Shown here: positions 9,257 through 18,341 of the stretch, piece by piece
Numbering within the stretch: the first letter of the stretch is position 1
How the letters are laid out: each line of letters opens with the position of its first letter
NCBI GenBank assembly: GCA_050125095.1
Contig: JASFEA010000016.1
Coordinates: 1 to 31,995, forward strand
Direction of reading: 5' to 3'
Length of the DNA stretch: 31,995 nucleotides
DNA from: a bacterium
GTDB taxonomy: Bacteria > Arandabacterota > Arandabacteria > Arandabacterales > JALGWA01
Notes under the pieces: model-generated
Seen by the model: only the letters and a program-made list of their open reading frames with translations
The model's database searches: none
Told to the model about the DNA's origin: nothing
Position numbers and translations under genes: made by a program

Positions 9257-11654
9257 GACAGTCCTGGATGCGAGAATAGGTGTTTTCATCTGTCATTGTG
9301 GGATGAATATCGCGGGCTCGGTGGACTGCGCCGCAGTGGCCGAGTACGCCGCTACACTTGAAGACGTCGTGTTCTCCACGGCCAACCTGTACACATGCTC
9401 AGACCCCGGTCAGGAGGAGATCAAGAAGGCAATAGCCGAAAACAATCTCGACCGGGTGGTAATAGCGTCCTGCACGCCACGCCTTCACGAGCCAACCTTC
9501 AGAAAGACCCTGATAGCGGCCGGGCTCAATCCCTATCTCATGGAAATGGCAAACATCAGGGAGCAGTGCTCCTGGGTGCATCTTCATGACAGGGAAGGAG
9601 CCACCGAGAAGGCCAAGGACCTGGTCGCCATGGGCGTGGCGCGGGCTAGAAAGCTCGAGCCCCAGACGGAGACCGTGGTGCCGGTCAAGAAGGCGGCCCT
9701 CGTGATCGGGGGCGGCGTGGCCGGCATACAGGCCGCGCTGGATCTTGCCGACAACGGATTTCCCGTTTATCTCGTCGAGAAGGAACCGTCCCTCGGCGGC
9801 ATCATGGCGCAGATAGACAAGACGTACCCCACAATGGACTGCTCCATATGAATTTTGGGGCCTAAGATGACGGATGTCGGTCGACATCCGATGATAGAAC
9901 TCATGGCCTACAGCGAAGTCAAAGAGGTCAGGGGTTACGTAGGCAACTTCAAGGTCAGGGTGCTCCGCAAGGCGCGCTACGTTGATGAAAAGGAGTGCAC
10001 CGCCTGCGGCGACTGCACCGAGGTATGTCCGCAGGCGAGGCCCAGCGAGTTCGAGATAGGGCTCGCGACGAGGAAGGCCATTTACCAGCCCTTCCCGCAG
10101 GCCGTCCCTCCCGCCTTCGTCCTGGACGTGGAGGCCTGCCTCGGCAATATGCCGCTCGCCTGCGAGAAGTGCAGGGAGGCATGCGAGAAAGACTGCATCG
10201 ACTATGACATGGAAGACAAGGAAGTGGAGCTCGACGTAGGCACGATCATAGTCGCCATCGGCATGTCGGTATACGACGCCACCGAAATGAGCGAATACGG
10301 CTACACCAAATACCCCAACGTAATAACCAGCATGGAGTTCGAGCGCCTCATCAACGCCGGCGGCCCGACCGCGGGCCACATGGTGAGGCTGGATAACGGC
10401 GAACAGCCCCGAAACGTGGGTTTCATTCAATGCGTGGGCTCCCGAATGGAAAAACGGGGCCAGCCCTACTGCAGCAACATCTGCTGCATGAACACGGTAA
10501 AAGACACCATCCTCCTTAAGGAGCATTACCCCGAGATGGAGATCGGTGTTCACTATATAGACATACGCGCCTTCGGCAAGGGATTCGAGGACCTCTACAA
10601 GAAGAGCAAGGGCAGCGGAGTAAAGTACATCCGCGCGCTTCCCGGCGAGATACGCCAGAAGGGCGACGGCACGCTCGACCTCTATGTCGAGGATGCGGAA
10701 ACGGGTGAAGTCCGGCCGCATAACTACGACATGGTGGTGCTCTCGGTGGGATTCGTGCCGCACAAGAACTTCGATGAGGTCCGGGAGATGCTCAATCTGT
10801 CGAAAACGGCGGACGGCTTCCTCCTGGAGGCCCATCCCAAGCTCGAGCCCGTTGACGCCCCCACGCGCGGCATCTTCTTCGCCGGCACATGCGAGGCGCC
10901 CAAGGACATCAAGGACTCGGTCACGCAGGCATCGGGCGCGGTCGCGAGGGCCGGGGCGCTGATGCAGAAGGGAGAGATCGCGGTCGAGGCCATAACCTCA
11001 ATGGTCATCGACGACAGGTGCACCTCCTGCGGCATCTGCGCCAAGGTCTGCCCGTACAACGCGATCTACGTCGATACCAAGTCCAAGACGCCCGCCAGGG
11101 TCATAGAGGCCGCGTGCTCGGGCTGCGGCACATGCGGAGCCGAGTGCCCGGCCGACGCGATAGTCATGAGGCATTACACCGACGAACAGATAATCGCGCA
11201 GATAGATTCGATACTGGACGAGAACCCGATGGACAAAGTCGTGGTCTTCGCCTGTAACTGGTGCTCATACGCGGGCGCCGACTTCGCGGGGATCTCGCGG
11301 CTCCAGTACCCTACCACTCCCCGCCTCATAAGGACCATGTGTTCGGGCAGGGTTGACGCAGACTTCGTCCTCCATGCATTCAAAAAGGGCGCCCCGGTGG
11401 TGCTTGTCTCGGGCTGCCACTTCGGAGACTGCCACTATATCGACGCCAACCGCTGGACGGCCAGGCGCATAGAGAAGCTCAAGAAGAAGCTCGACAAGCT
11501 CGGCATCCGGGCCGAGAGGCTGCAGCTCGAGTGGATAAGCGCGGCAGAGGGCATGCGCTTCCAGGAAGTCATGCGCAACATGGAGGACCTGCGCAAGACC
11601 GTCACCAGGGAAGAGGTGGACGAAACGGTGGCTATTCTGTCCGGGGAGAAGTAG
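9243..11654 (+). CDS. hdrA: HdrA-MvhD fusion, probable selenoprotein (TGA 9849-9851 read as Sec)
   Basis: ORFs 9243-9851 and 9855-11654 are in one frame, joined as [20 protein letters not shown]. The TGA aligns with Cys in the in-window paralogs (NDCSICIQSP, EDCAACILSP). A hairpin follows it. The C-terminal MvhD domain has CNWC, CSGRV and GCHFGDCHY. Confidence 0.9.
9871..9890 (+). promoter_or_regulatory. Bacterial SECIS-like hairpin
   Basis: CGGATGTC-GGTC-GACATCCG forms a perfect 8-bp stem; the loop begins with GG about 28 nt 3' of the in-frame TGA. Confidence 0.75.
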
Positions 11655-13170
11655 GCCCGGGTCCAGCGTCGCTGTCCTTTTCGTAAAGAACCCACTTCCC
11701 GGCACTGCGCTTCTGCCTGAAGCCCCTCAGATAGACGCTGGCCCAGGGGCCGGACACGCCGCGTGTCAGAATGAAGTCGCTTGTCGAATACGGTCCCAGC
11801 CGTTCGCGGGTGTTGGGTTTGCCCCTCCATTTGGGCCGGGGCCACTCTTCGGGCTTGCGGGGCGACACGCCGAAGAACTTGTACTGCGCAAACAGGCCCT
11901 TGGTAATACCCAGATTCCATACGACGTGGTAGTCACCGAAGTTGCTGTACACAGGCGCTCCGCGGAAGTTGCGATTGTGAACGAGACTGATAAGCGTCTT
12001 GCCGCTCGATTCCCGCGGCAGGAACTCACGCACAAATAGCTCATTCTCTCGCTCGAAAGCTTGGAAATAGCTCCCCCAGAGCGCCGCATGGGCGACACAC
12101 AGGACGCACAGAGCCGCCACCCAGGGCCGGGACAAAGACCTCGGGAATATGGAGGCGAGCAGAACAACCGACCAAATCAGCACGAAGACCGACAAACGCC
12201 GGTTAATGAAATATACGCCCCCCGCTCTCGCCGGCAGCAACAGGTAGCAGGCGAGCGTAACGAGAAGAAAGAAAAACACGCTCTTGACCTCTGGCCTCCG
12301 CAAAGACTTTCTGAACGATTTCGCCCTGACGAGAAGCCCCGCGACCAGCGGCCCGACTATGCATAATGAAAACAGCGTGCCGACGGTCCTCCCCAGCTGG
12401 CCGCCGAAAAGGTGCCTGTGGTCATTAAAGAGAATCCCTGATCTCCCTGCCAACGACCGCAGATACTCGCTGCAGTAGTATTCAAGAACTTCACCCAGCA
12501 TATTGCCGCGGCCGGCGGGAGAGCTGATAGCCCACCATAAAACGAGGGCGGCGAACGGCACGACCGGCAGCATTTCGCGAAGGCCGGCCCGGAACGAGCG
12601 CCTGTTGTGAATAACGACTGACATGACAATCAGCAGAGCGCAATACAAGCCGGCCATGGCGTGTGTGAAGAAGAGCCCGGAAAGCGCAACGGCGACAATG
12701 GCCTTGTCGCGCGCACGGCGGCTCTCGAGCGAAACTAGATAGATGTACAGCGTAAGCATGGTAAGCGGAATCGCCATGGTATATCCGGCAAAGCCCCAGC
12801 GGAAGCTCATGTTGTAGAGAAGGAGCAGGGCCAGAAGCGCGAGCCAGGCGTTACGCCCGACTCTCCTGGCTATGAGCAGAAGTGAAAGGGGCAGGAGCGC
12901 CAGGTACAGGGCAAAATAGACTCTGTTTCCGGCCTCTACGTCCGGGAAAATCCTGAGACCGCAGAACAGCGGGTGCAGGCAATTGGGGCCGGGGAAGAGG
13001 TCGATATTGTAATACTCCGCGAAATGATCCGAGGGACCTCCATAGTGCCTATGAATCGTGGAGACGGCAAGGTGGCAGGGCAGGTCGTTCATGGGATAGA
13101 TGCGTATCGTCGATAGCATCAGTATGTGGACAGTCACGAGAACCGCGAGAACGGAAAGAACCGCCTTCAT
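11632..13170 (-). CDS. Polytopic membrane protein, possibly a GT-C-fold glycosyltransferase
   Basis: About 10-11 hydrophobic segments, a PMNDLPCH motif in the first loop and a soluble C-terminal domain. Function is inferred only. Confidence 0.6.
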   Translation of the reverse strand: MKAVLSVLAVLVTVHILMLSTIRIYPMNDLPCHLAVSTIHRHYGGPSDHFAEYYNIDLFPGPNCLHPLFCGLRIFPDVEAGNRVYFALYLALLPLSLLLIARRVGRNAWLALLALLLLYNMSFRWGFAGYTMAIPLTMLTLYIYLVSLESRRARDKAIVAVALSGLFFTHAMAGLYCALLIVMSVVIHNRRSFRAGLREMLPVVPFAALVLWWAISSPAGRGNMLGEVLEYYCSEYLRSLAGRSGILFNDHRHLFGGQLGRTVGTLFSLCIVGPLVAGLLVRAKSFRKSLRRPEVKSVFFFLLVTLACYLLLPARAGGVYFINRRLSVFVLIWSVVLLASIFPRSLSRPWVAALCVLCVAHAALWGSYFQAFERENELFVREFLPRESSGKTLISLVHNRNFRGAPVYSNFGDYHVVWNLGITKGLFAQYKFFGVSPRKPEEWPRPKWRGKPNTRERLGPYSTSDFILTRGVSGPWASVYLRGFRQKRSAGKWVLYEKDSDAGPGPTSPRTE

Positions 13171-13299
13171 TAAACCGGGCCTTTCGCTGAGTCGTCATGC
13201 CGTCCACGCAGACGTGCAAACACCGGCAGGCGCATTGCTCCCGTGGTCCGAAACGCAGGTCCAGTGTCAGGTCACGGCCCTGACCCTAGCGAATACCCG

Positions 13300-14223
13300 C
13301 TACCTGTACATCCCCTTTATCCGTCCCCATGTGGAGGCCTCTGTGGCCGACGGCCCGCCGCCTGCGATGGCAACGGCGTAGTTGATCTCCGCGTTTATGC
13401 CCGGATAGAGCGGCGTAATCACCCACTTAATCCCGTTATAATTGTAGGGAACAGTTCTCGGCCCCACTCCGGCGGGCGGCCCGCCGAGTATGCCGATGTC
13501 GTCGGAGTCGGTTATGGTCAATAGAAGATTGGCCGTGTCGATGTCCCATAGCGTTATGGCGTGGTAACCGAAGGCGTTACTCAGGTCATAGGGACCCGGC
13601 GCCTCTTCGTATGGCGGCACAGGCGTCGAGCCGTCAGCCGCCTGGAACCAGCATGTGAGCCCGACGGGCACGCATTCGGTATCCAGCCGCGCCTTGCACC
13701 ACTGGATGGGATTGATGGCGTTGCCCATGCCGTCGAACCAGTTGCCGCCGAATTCCGGAATCGTCCTTATGGGTACCAGGAATACAACACCGGCATGAGA
13801 CAGGCCCCAGTCCTGCCAGCCGCCGTCATCGACCGTCCTGGCTCCCGGGCCGGCCGCCCAGTAGGTCAGTCCCCACACGCTGACGTTGGGATCGGGGGGA
13901 ATGCCGTTCACAAGCCAGTTCATATAGGGATTAGCGAAACCCGAATAGACAAGCAGGTTGGAAGTGCTGGCTATCCAGCATGACAGGTCGGCCCTTATGA
14001 CATTGTGCACCGAGTCGCCACCGGCGAGTATAGGCTCGCCCGGATCGTGAACGAGGTTGCCGTTCAAATCGTTGAAGTGCATGTTGTATGCCCCGGGTGG
14101 AAGCTGCCAGAAGAGCTTGTTCTGGTCCACCGCCGGCGCGGGCCCGGCCCAGGCCTGAGCAGCCAGGAGAACGACAAAGGCGGCCGCCGCGACCGCCTGT
14201 AAAGCCCTATTGCGGAAAGCCAT
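13300..14223 (-). CDS. Secreted papain-fold (IdeS/Mac-1-like) cysteine protease with C-terminal STWGRIK motif
   Basis: Signal peptide ending AQAWA; DLSCWIASTSNLL, HAITLWDID and TITDSDD motifs; ends SATEASTWGRIKGMYR. Start ATG 14223 after GGAG. Confidence 0.7.
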   Translation of the reverse strand: MAFRNRALQAVAAAAFVVLLAAQAWAGPAPAVDQNKLFWQLPPGAYNMHFNDLNGNLVHDPGEPILAGGDSVHNVIRADLSCWIASTSNLLVYSGFANPYMNWLVNGIPPDPNVSVWGLTYWAAGPGARTVDDGGWQDWGLSHAGVVFLVPIRTIPEFGGNWFDGMGNAINPIQWCKARLDTECVPVGLTCWFQAADGSTPVPPYEEAPGPYDLSNAFGYHAITLWDIDTANLLLTITDSDDIGILGGPPAGVGPRTVPYNYNGIKWVITPLYPGINAEINYAVAIAGGGPSATEASTWGRIKGMYR

Positions 14224-14313
14224 AACTCCACCCCCTTGCTTTAAAGAACCCGCGGAAAAACACAAGACCGCCCGAGTAAAATGGGCATCTCACAGCATCT
14301 CATAACCAGAGGC

Positions 14314-14342
14314 AGTATATCACAGAATGCCCGCTCAATCAA
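14314..14342 (-). promoter_or_regulatory. Candidate sigma70-type promoter for the protease gene
   Basis: The minus strand reads TTGATT-N17-TATACT with an extended TGn motif. Confidence 0.6.
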
Positions 14343-14353
14343 GTCCGCAGCTT

Positions 14354-15268
14354 TCAGAACGAAAGAAGCTGTTTCTCCTTAAGAAGATCGGTGGCTGATA
14401 CATAATGGAGGTCGGCGGCCGAGGCTTTCGGCTTTAGGCCGAACGCAAGGCCCATCAGCTCGGTGAAATAGAACACGGGCATCTCTTCGAAATCGGGATC
14501 GAGCTCTTTGACTTCCCTCTGGCGGTCGTCGAGGTTGTGCGCGCAGAGCGGGCACGAAGTGGCTATGACTTCGGCGCCGTCCTCGCGGGCATGGTTGATT
14601 ATGTCGCGTACCAGGCGGGCCACGGCGTATTTGTCGTGCATCACCTGATAGCTGCCGCAGCAGACCTTCATATAGCTGTTATAGATGACGCGTGCGCCGA
14701 GGGCGCCCAGGATGCCGTCCATGATCTTGGGCTCCTCCGGGTCGTCGATACCCACTTCCTTGGGCCTCAATAGCATACACCCGTAATAGGCAGCCACGTT
14801 GAGCCCCTCAAGCGAATTAACCACCTTCTCGGCTATGGCCTCCGCACCGAGATCCCTGAGCACCTCCAGGAAGTGGACTACCTCGATCTCTCCCCTGTAG
14901 TCCTCTTCAGTGTCCATGAAATCATTGACGGTCTCGAGGTCATCCGGGTTCTCCCTCATGCGCAGGTTCGACCTCTTGAGTGTGTTGAAGCACATGGAGC
15001 AGAGCGTCAGCACCCTGTTTTCATCCTCGGGAACGCCGTTGCCGCTCATCTCCTGCACACGAATCAGGTTCCTTATCGGCCCGACGTGATGAATGAGGTC
15101 GTCACTCGTCAGAGAAAATACCGTGCCGCAGCAGTTCCACTCGGGTATTTCGACCATTTCCATGCCCAGTACCCGGGCACATTCGATGGCCGACGACTCG
15201 AAATTGCTGGCTTTTGTCTTCAGGGTACATCCGGGGTAGTAGGGTATATTGCGCCTGGGAGCGCCCAT
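14354..15268 (-). CDS. hdrB: Heterodisulfide reductase-like subunit B
   Basis: YYPGCTL, WNCCG, CSMC, YYGCMLLRP, CCG and SCPLC motifs (two CCG domains). Confidence 0.92.
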   Translation of the reverse strand: MGAPRRNIPYYPGCTLKTKASNFESSAIECARVLGMEMVEIPEWNCCGTVFSLTSDDLIHHVGPIRNLIRVQEMSGNGVPEDENRVLTLCSMCFNTLKRSNLRMRENPDDLETVNDFMDTEEDYRGEIEVVHFLEVLRDLGAEAIAEKVVNSLEGLNVAAYYGCMLLRPKEVGIDDPEEPKIMDGILGALGARVIYNSYMKVCCGSYQVMHDKYAVARLVRDIINHAREDGAEVIATSCPLCAHNLDDRQREVKELDPDFEEMPVFYFTELMGLAFGLKPKASAADLHYVSATDLLKEKQLLSF

Positions 15269-15280
15269 TGCGATTTCCTC

Positions 15281-15685
15281 CTAACCGGTGAACTTCCTCA
15301 TGCCGGCCACCAGAGCTATCTGGGGAAGCCGGGCCAGTTCGTCCTTGGGTATCTTATTGATATTAACGTGGTCTATGGCCTTTCGCAGTGTCACCTGCCT
15401 GAGCGACTCCGCCACCTTCGAGAGGTCCAGACCCCTCGGACACCGGACGGTGCAAGTGAAGCACGATGCGCAGAACCAGATAGCCTTGCTTTCAAGCACG
15501 TCCATCTGGCCGAGCTGTACCAGCCGCATCATCTGTGACGGCGTGATGTCCATGTCATCCACCATGGGGCAGCCGCCTGAACATGTCCCGCACTGGTCAC
15601 ACAGCGATATCACCTGGTCGCTCATCTCGCTGATCTTCTTCATGAACGCGTCGCAATCCGCGGATACTAAGAGCTTCTCAGTCAT
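15281..15685 (-). CDS. hdrC: Heterodisulfide reductase-like subunit C
   Basis: CDQCGTCSGGCP and WFCASCFTCTVRCP motifs; lies between hdrA and hdrB; ATGA overlap with hdrA. Confidence 0.92.
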   Translation of the reverse strand: MTEKLLVSADCDAFMKKISEMSDQVISLCDQCGTCSGGCPMVDDMDITPSQMMRLVQLGQMDVLESKAIWFCASCFTCTVRCPRGLDLSKVAESLRQVTLRKAIDHVNINKIPKDELARLPQIALVAGMRKFTG

Positions 15686-18072
15686 GCTACCTCCTGCTTC
15701 TTCTGGGCTGCAAGATCATCCACCAGCAGCGCCCTTTCCGCGTCGGGTATGGGGCCCGACGCTTTCGCCAGTTCCGTCAGGGTGTTCATGTGGTTGACGA
15801 AAGCCCCGAGCATCACAGTCACGAATTCCACAAAACGCACTCTGTCGGGTTCTATTTTGTGCTTTTTCAATATGTCCTTGACCGCCGCGACATTCTGCTT
15901 TATCGCGGATACACTGTGGGGAAACGGCGACGACTTCTCCTCGCTCTCACCTATGAAAATGCCGTCCGCGCCCAGTTCGAAGCACTTGAGCATGAGCCGC
16001 GGGGTGATCCTGCTGCCGCTCGGCACCCGGAATATGCGGACATTGGGCGAGTAGGAGAGCTTGCCCGTACCGACATTGTCGGCCAGCCTGTATGTAGTCT
16101 GATCGTCGGCGAAAACGAGTACCCTAACCTCGTCGTCCCGCTTGCCCTGAAGCGCAGCCCGAATCTGCTCCAGGAGCTGCTCATTGGTATAGCAGTGCAG
16201 GTCCAGGGCCTCTTTCGGGCAGGCCGCGAGGCAGCTTCCGCAGCCCGAGCACACGGCCTCGTTTACCGAAACCAGCTGCCCCGGTATCAGCGCCCCGGTC
16301 GGGCATTCAGGAACACAGAGCCCGCAGCCGTCACACAGGTCTTCGTGTACAAAAGCTATTACCGGGTCTATATCGTACTCGCCCTTGTTCATGAGCCTCA
16401 CCGCCCTGGCGGACGCCGCGCTCGCCTGGGCGACAGTGTCGGGTATGTCCTTGGGGCCCTGCGCGCAGCCGCAGATGAAGACGCCGTCGGAGAGGGTATC
16501 CACGGGCCTGAACTTGGGGTGCGCCTCCTGGAGGAAGCCGTCCGGGCTCCTTCCCAGCTTGAGAATATCCGATACGCGCTTGCCGGCTTCGCTGGGCCTG
16601 ATGCCCACCGACAGCACGACGAGATCGAATTCGTCCTGGATGATCCTGCGCGTCAGCGTGTCCTCGACCTTCAATATCACTCTGCCGTTGCCGTTGGAGT
16701 TGCCGTTTACCTCCGCAACGCGCCCCCTCACGAACTTGACGCCCGTGCGCTGGGCCCTCTTATAGTATTCCTCGAAGCCCTTGCCGTATGCCCTGAGGTC
16801 GGTGTAGAACACGTAGACATCGCGCGTCGGGTCGGAGCGTTTTAAGAGCTGCGACAGCTTCGTGGCGTACATGCAACAGATCCTGGAGCAGTTCTCATTG
16901 CCCACCTGCTCGTCCCTTGAGCCGACGCATTGGATGAAGGCGATCCTCTTGCCCATCGGCCGGATGGGATTACCTTCCGCCGCGTGGACGATCATGCGCT
17001 CCATGTCCAGCGCCGTGATCACGTTCTTATAGTGGCCTATACCGTAGACTTTCTTCTCTCTCGCGTCGAAGGTGTCGAAGCCCGTCGCGACTACTATGGT
17101 GTCCACGGTGAAGGTCATGCGCTTGGGCTCCATGTCATAGTTGATGGCGCCGGGCTCGCAGGCCTGGGAGCAGCGCTCGCAGGCCAAGGGAAACAGCCCC
17201 AGACATGCCTCGTAGTCGAGAACATATGTATGCGGAACCGCAATGGGAGAGGGCAGGTATATGGCCCTTCTCGACGTGAGACCCTCTTCGTACTCGTTGG
17301 GGACCACTACCGGACATACCTCCGCGCACTTATTGCACGCGGTGCACTTGTCCTCATCCACGAACTTGGGCTTCCTCACCAGGGTCACTTCATAGTTTCC
17401 CAGGTAGCCCTTGATATCCTCAATCTCGGTGAATGTGAGCAGCTCTATATTGGGATTCGCGGGGACGTCCGCCATCTTGGGGGAGAGTATGCACGCCGCG
17501 CAGTCCTCCGTTGGAAACGTCCTCGAGAGCTTGGCCATTTTACCCCCGATGGTCGGCTCTTTCTCTACGAGGTACACCTTGAACCCGGCGTCCCCGAGGT
17601 CCAGCGACGCCTGGATGCCCGCGATGCCGCCCCCCACCACGAGAACTCTCTTTCCTATGGGCATGGTCCTCTTCGCGAGCGCCTCATCAAGTCTCGCCTT
17701 CACTATGGCCATCCCCAACAGGCCCTTGGCTTTTTCAGTGGCGAGTTCGGGTATGTCGAAATGCGGCCATGCGCATTGCTCGCGGATATTGGCGATTTCC
17801 AGGACATAGGGAGACAGGCCGGCTTTTTCCATGGTGCTCTTGAACGTCCGTTCATGGAACTGCGGGGAGCAGGCAGCTACCACGACTCTGTCCAGATTGT
17901 TGTCGCGAACATCCTCGAGTATGAGCTTCTGCCCCACTTCAGAGCACATGTGAGAGTAATCGCGCACAAGAGTTACATCCGGCTGCTGCTCTGCGAATGC
18001 CGTGACCCGGCCGATGTCGACGGTCTCCGAGATGTTTCCTCCGCAGTGACATACATACACTCCGATTCTCAC
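15682..18072 (-). CDS. hdrA: HdrA with a fused degenerate (ligand-free) MvhD-like domain
   Basis: RIGVYVCHCG, GGGIAG, FPTEDCAAC and QCVGSR...CSRICC motifs plus ferredoxin motifs. The C-terminal ~150 aa align to MvhD but lack its conserved Cys. SD AAGGAG before GTG. Confidence 0.92.
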   Translation of the reverse strand: MRIGVYVCHCGGNISETVDIGRVTAFAEQQPDVTLVRDYSHMCSEVGQKLILEDVRDNNLDRVVVAACSPQFHERTFKSTMEKAGLSPYVLEIANIREQCAWPHFDIPELATEKAKGLLGMAIVKARLDEALAKRTMPIGKRVLVVGGGIAGIQASLDLGDAGFKVYLVEKEPTIGGKMAKLSRTFPTEDCAACILSPKMADVPANPNIELLTFTEIEDIKGYLGNYEVTLVRKPKFVDEDKCTACNKCAEVCPVVVPNEYEEGLTSRRAIYLPSPIAVPHTYVLDYEACLGLFPLACERCSQACEPGAINYDMEPKRMTFTVDTIVVATGFDTFDAREKKVYGIGHYKNVITALDMERMIVHAAEGNPIRPMGKRIAFIQCVGSRDEQVGNENCSRICCMYATKLSQLLKRSDPTRDVYVFYTDLRAYGKGFEEYYKRAQRTGVKFVRGRVAEVNGNSNGNGRVILKVEDTLTRRIIQDEFDLVVLSVGIRPSEAGKRVSDILKLGRSPDGFLQEAHPKFRPVDTLSDGVFICGCAQGPKDIPDTVAQASAASARAVRLMNKGEYDIDPVIAFVHEDLCDGCGLCVPECPTGALIPGQLVSVNEAVCSGCGSCLAACPKEALDLHCYTNEQLLEQIRAALQGKRDDEVRVLVFADDQTTYRLADNVGTGKLSYSPNVRIFRVPSGSRITPRLMLKCFELGADGIFIGESEEKSSPFPHSVSAIKQNVAAVKDILKKHKIEPDRVRFVEFVTVMLGAFVNHMNTLTELAKASGPIPDAERALLVDDLAAQKKQEVA

Positions 18073-18341
18073 ACTTGACTCCTTCCTCTTGGTCCTATGG
18101 TGTCATACAGTGCGGCATCCGCCATCGCCCCCTGGTCAGGCACATGCGGACGGGAATCACCGGCAGGCAGCCGGCGACTTCGATCCGGGTATCTGGCGGC
18201 ACACGCCCCATATTGTTACACGCGGCCTTCCTCACAGGAAGTCGCGTCGTCTCTATAGAGTTGCAGTTTCCTTTCCGCACCTGTCCGGCTCGCTACCGTC
18301 GCAGGTCGGCTAAGGTCACAAGGCATCCGGTTCTTAATGGC

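Noticed and set aside
9849-9851. hdrA as a nonsense pseudogene or as two separate genes
   Set aside because: The stop is TGA exactly at a conserved Cys, a SECIS-like hairpin follows, both halves are intact, and the downstream TTG lacks an SD.
4427-18072. Evidence for methanogenesis, an archaeal origin, or a Qmo/sulfate-reduction locus
   Set aside because: No mcr, mtr, apr, dsr or qmoC-like genes are present. The bat operon, sigma54/IHF sites and in-CDS SECIS position are bacterial traits, and Hdr-like genes are widespread in anaerobic bacteria.
18075-18341. Short ORFs or a riboswitch in the gap before hdrA
   Set aside because: The ORFs have no recognisable motifs, and I could not identify a known RNA motif by eye; a covariance-model search would be needed.
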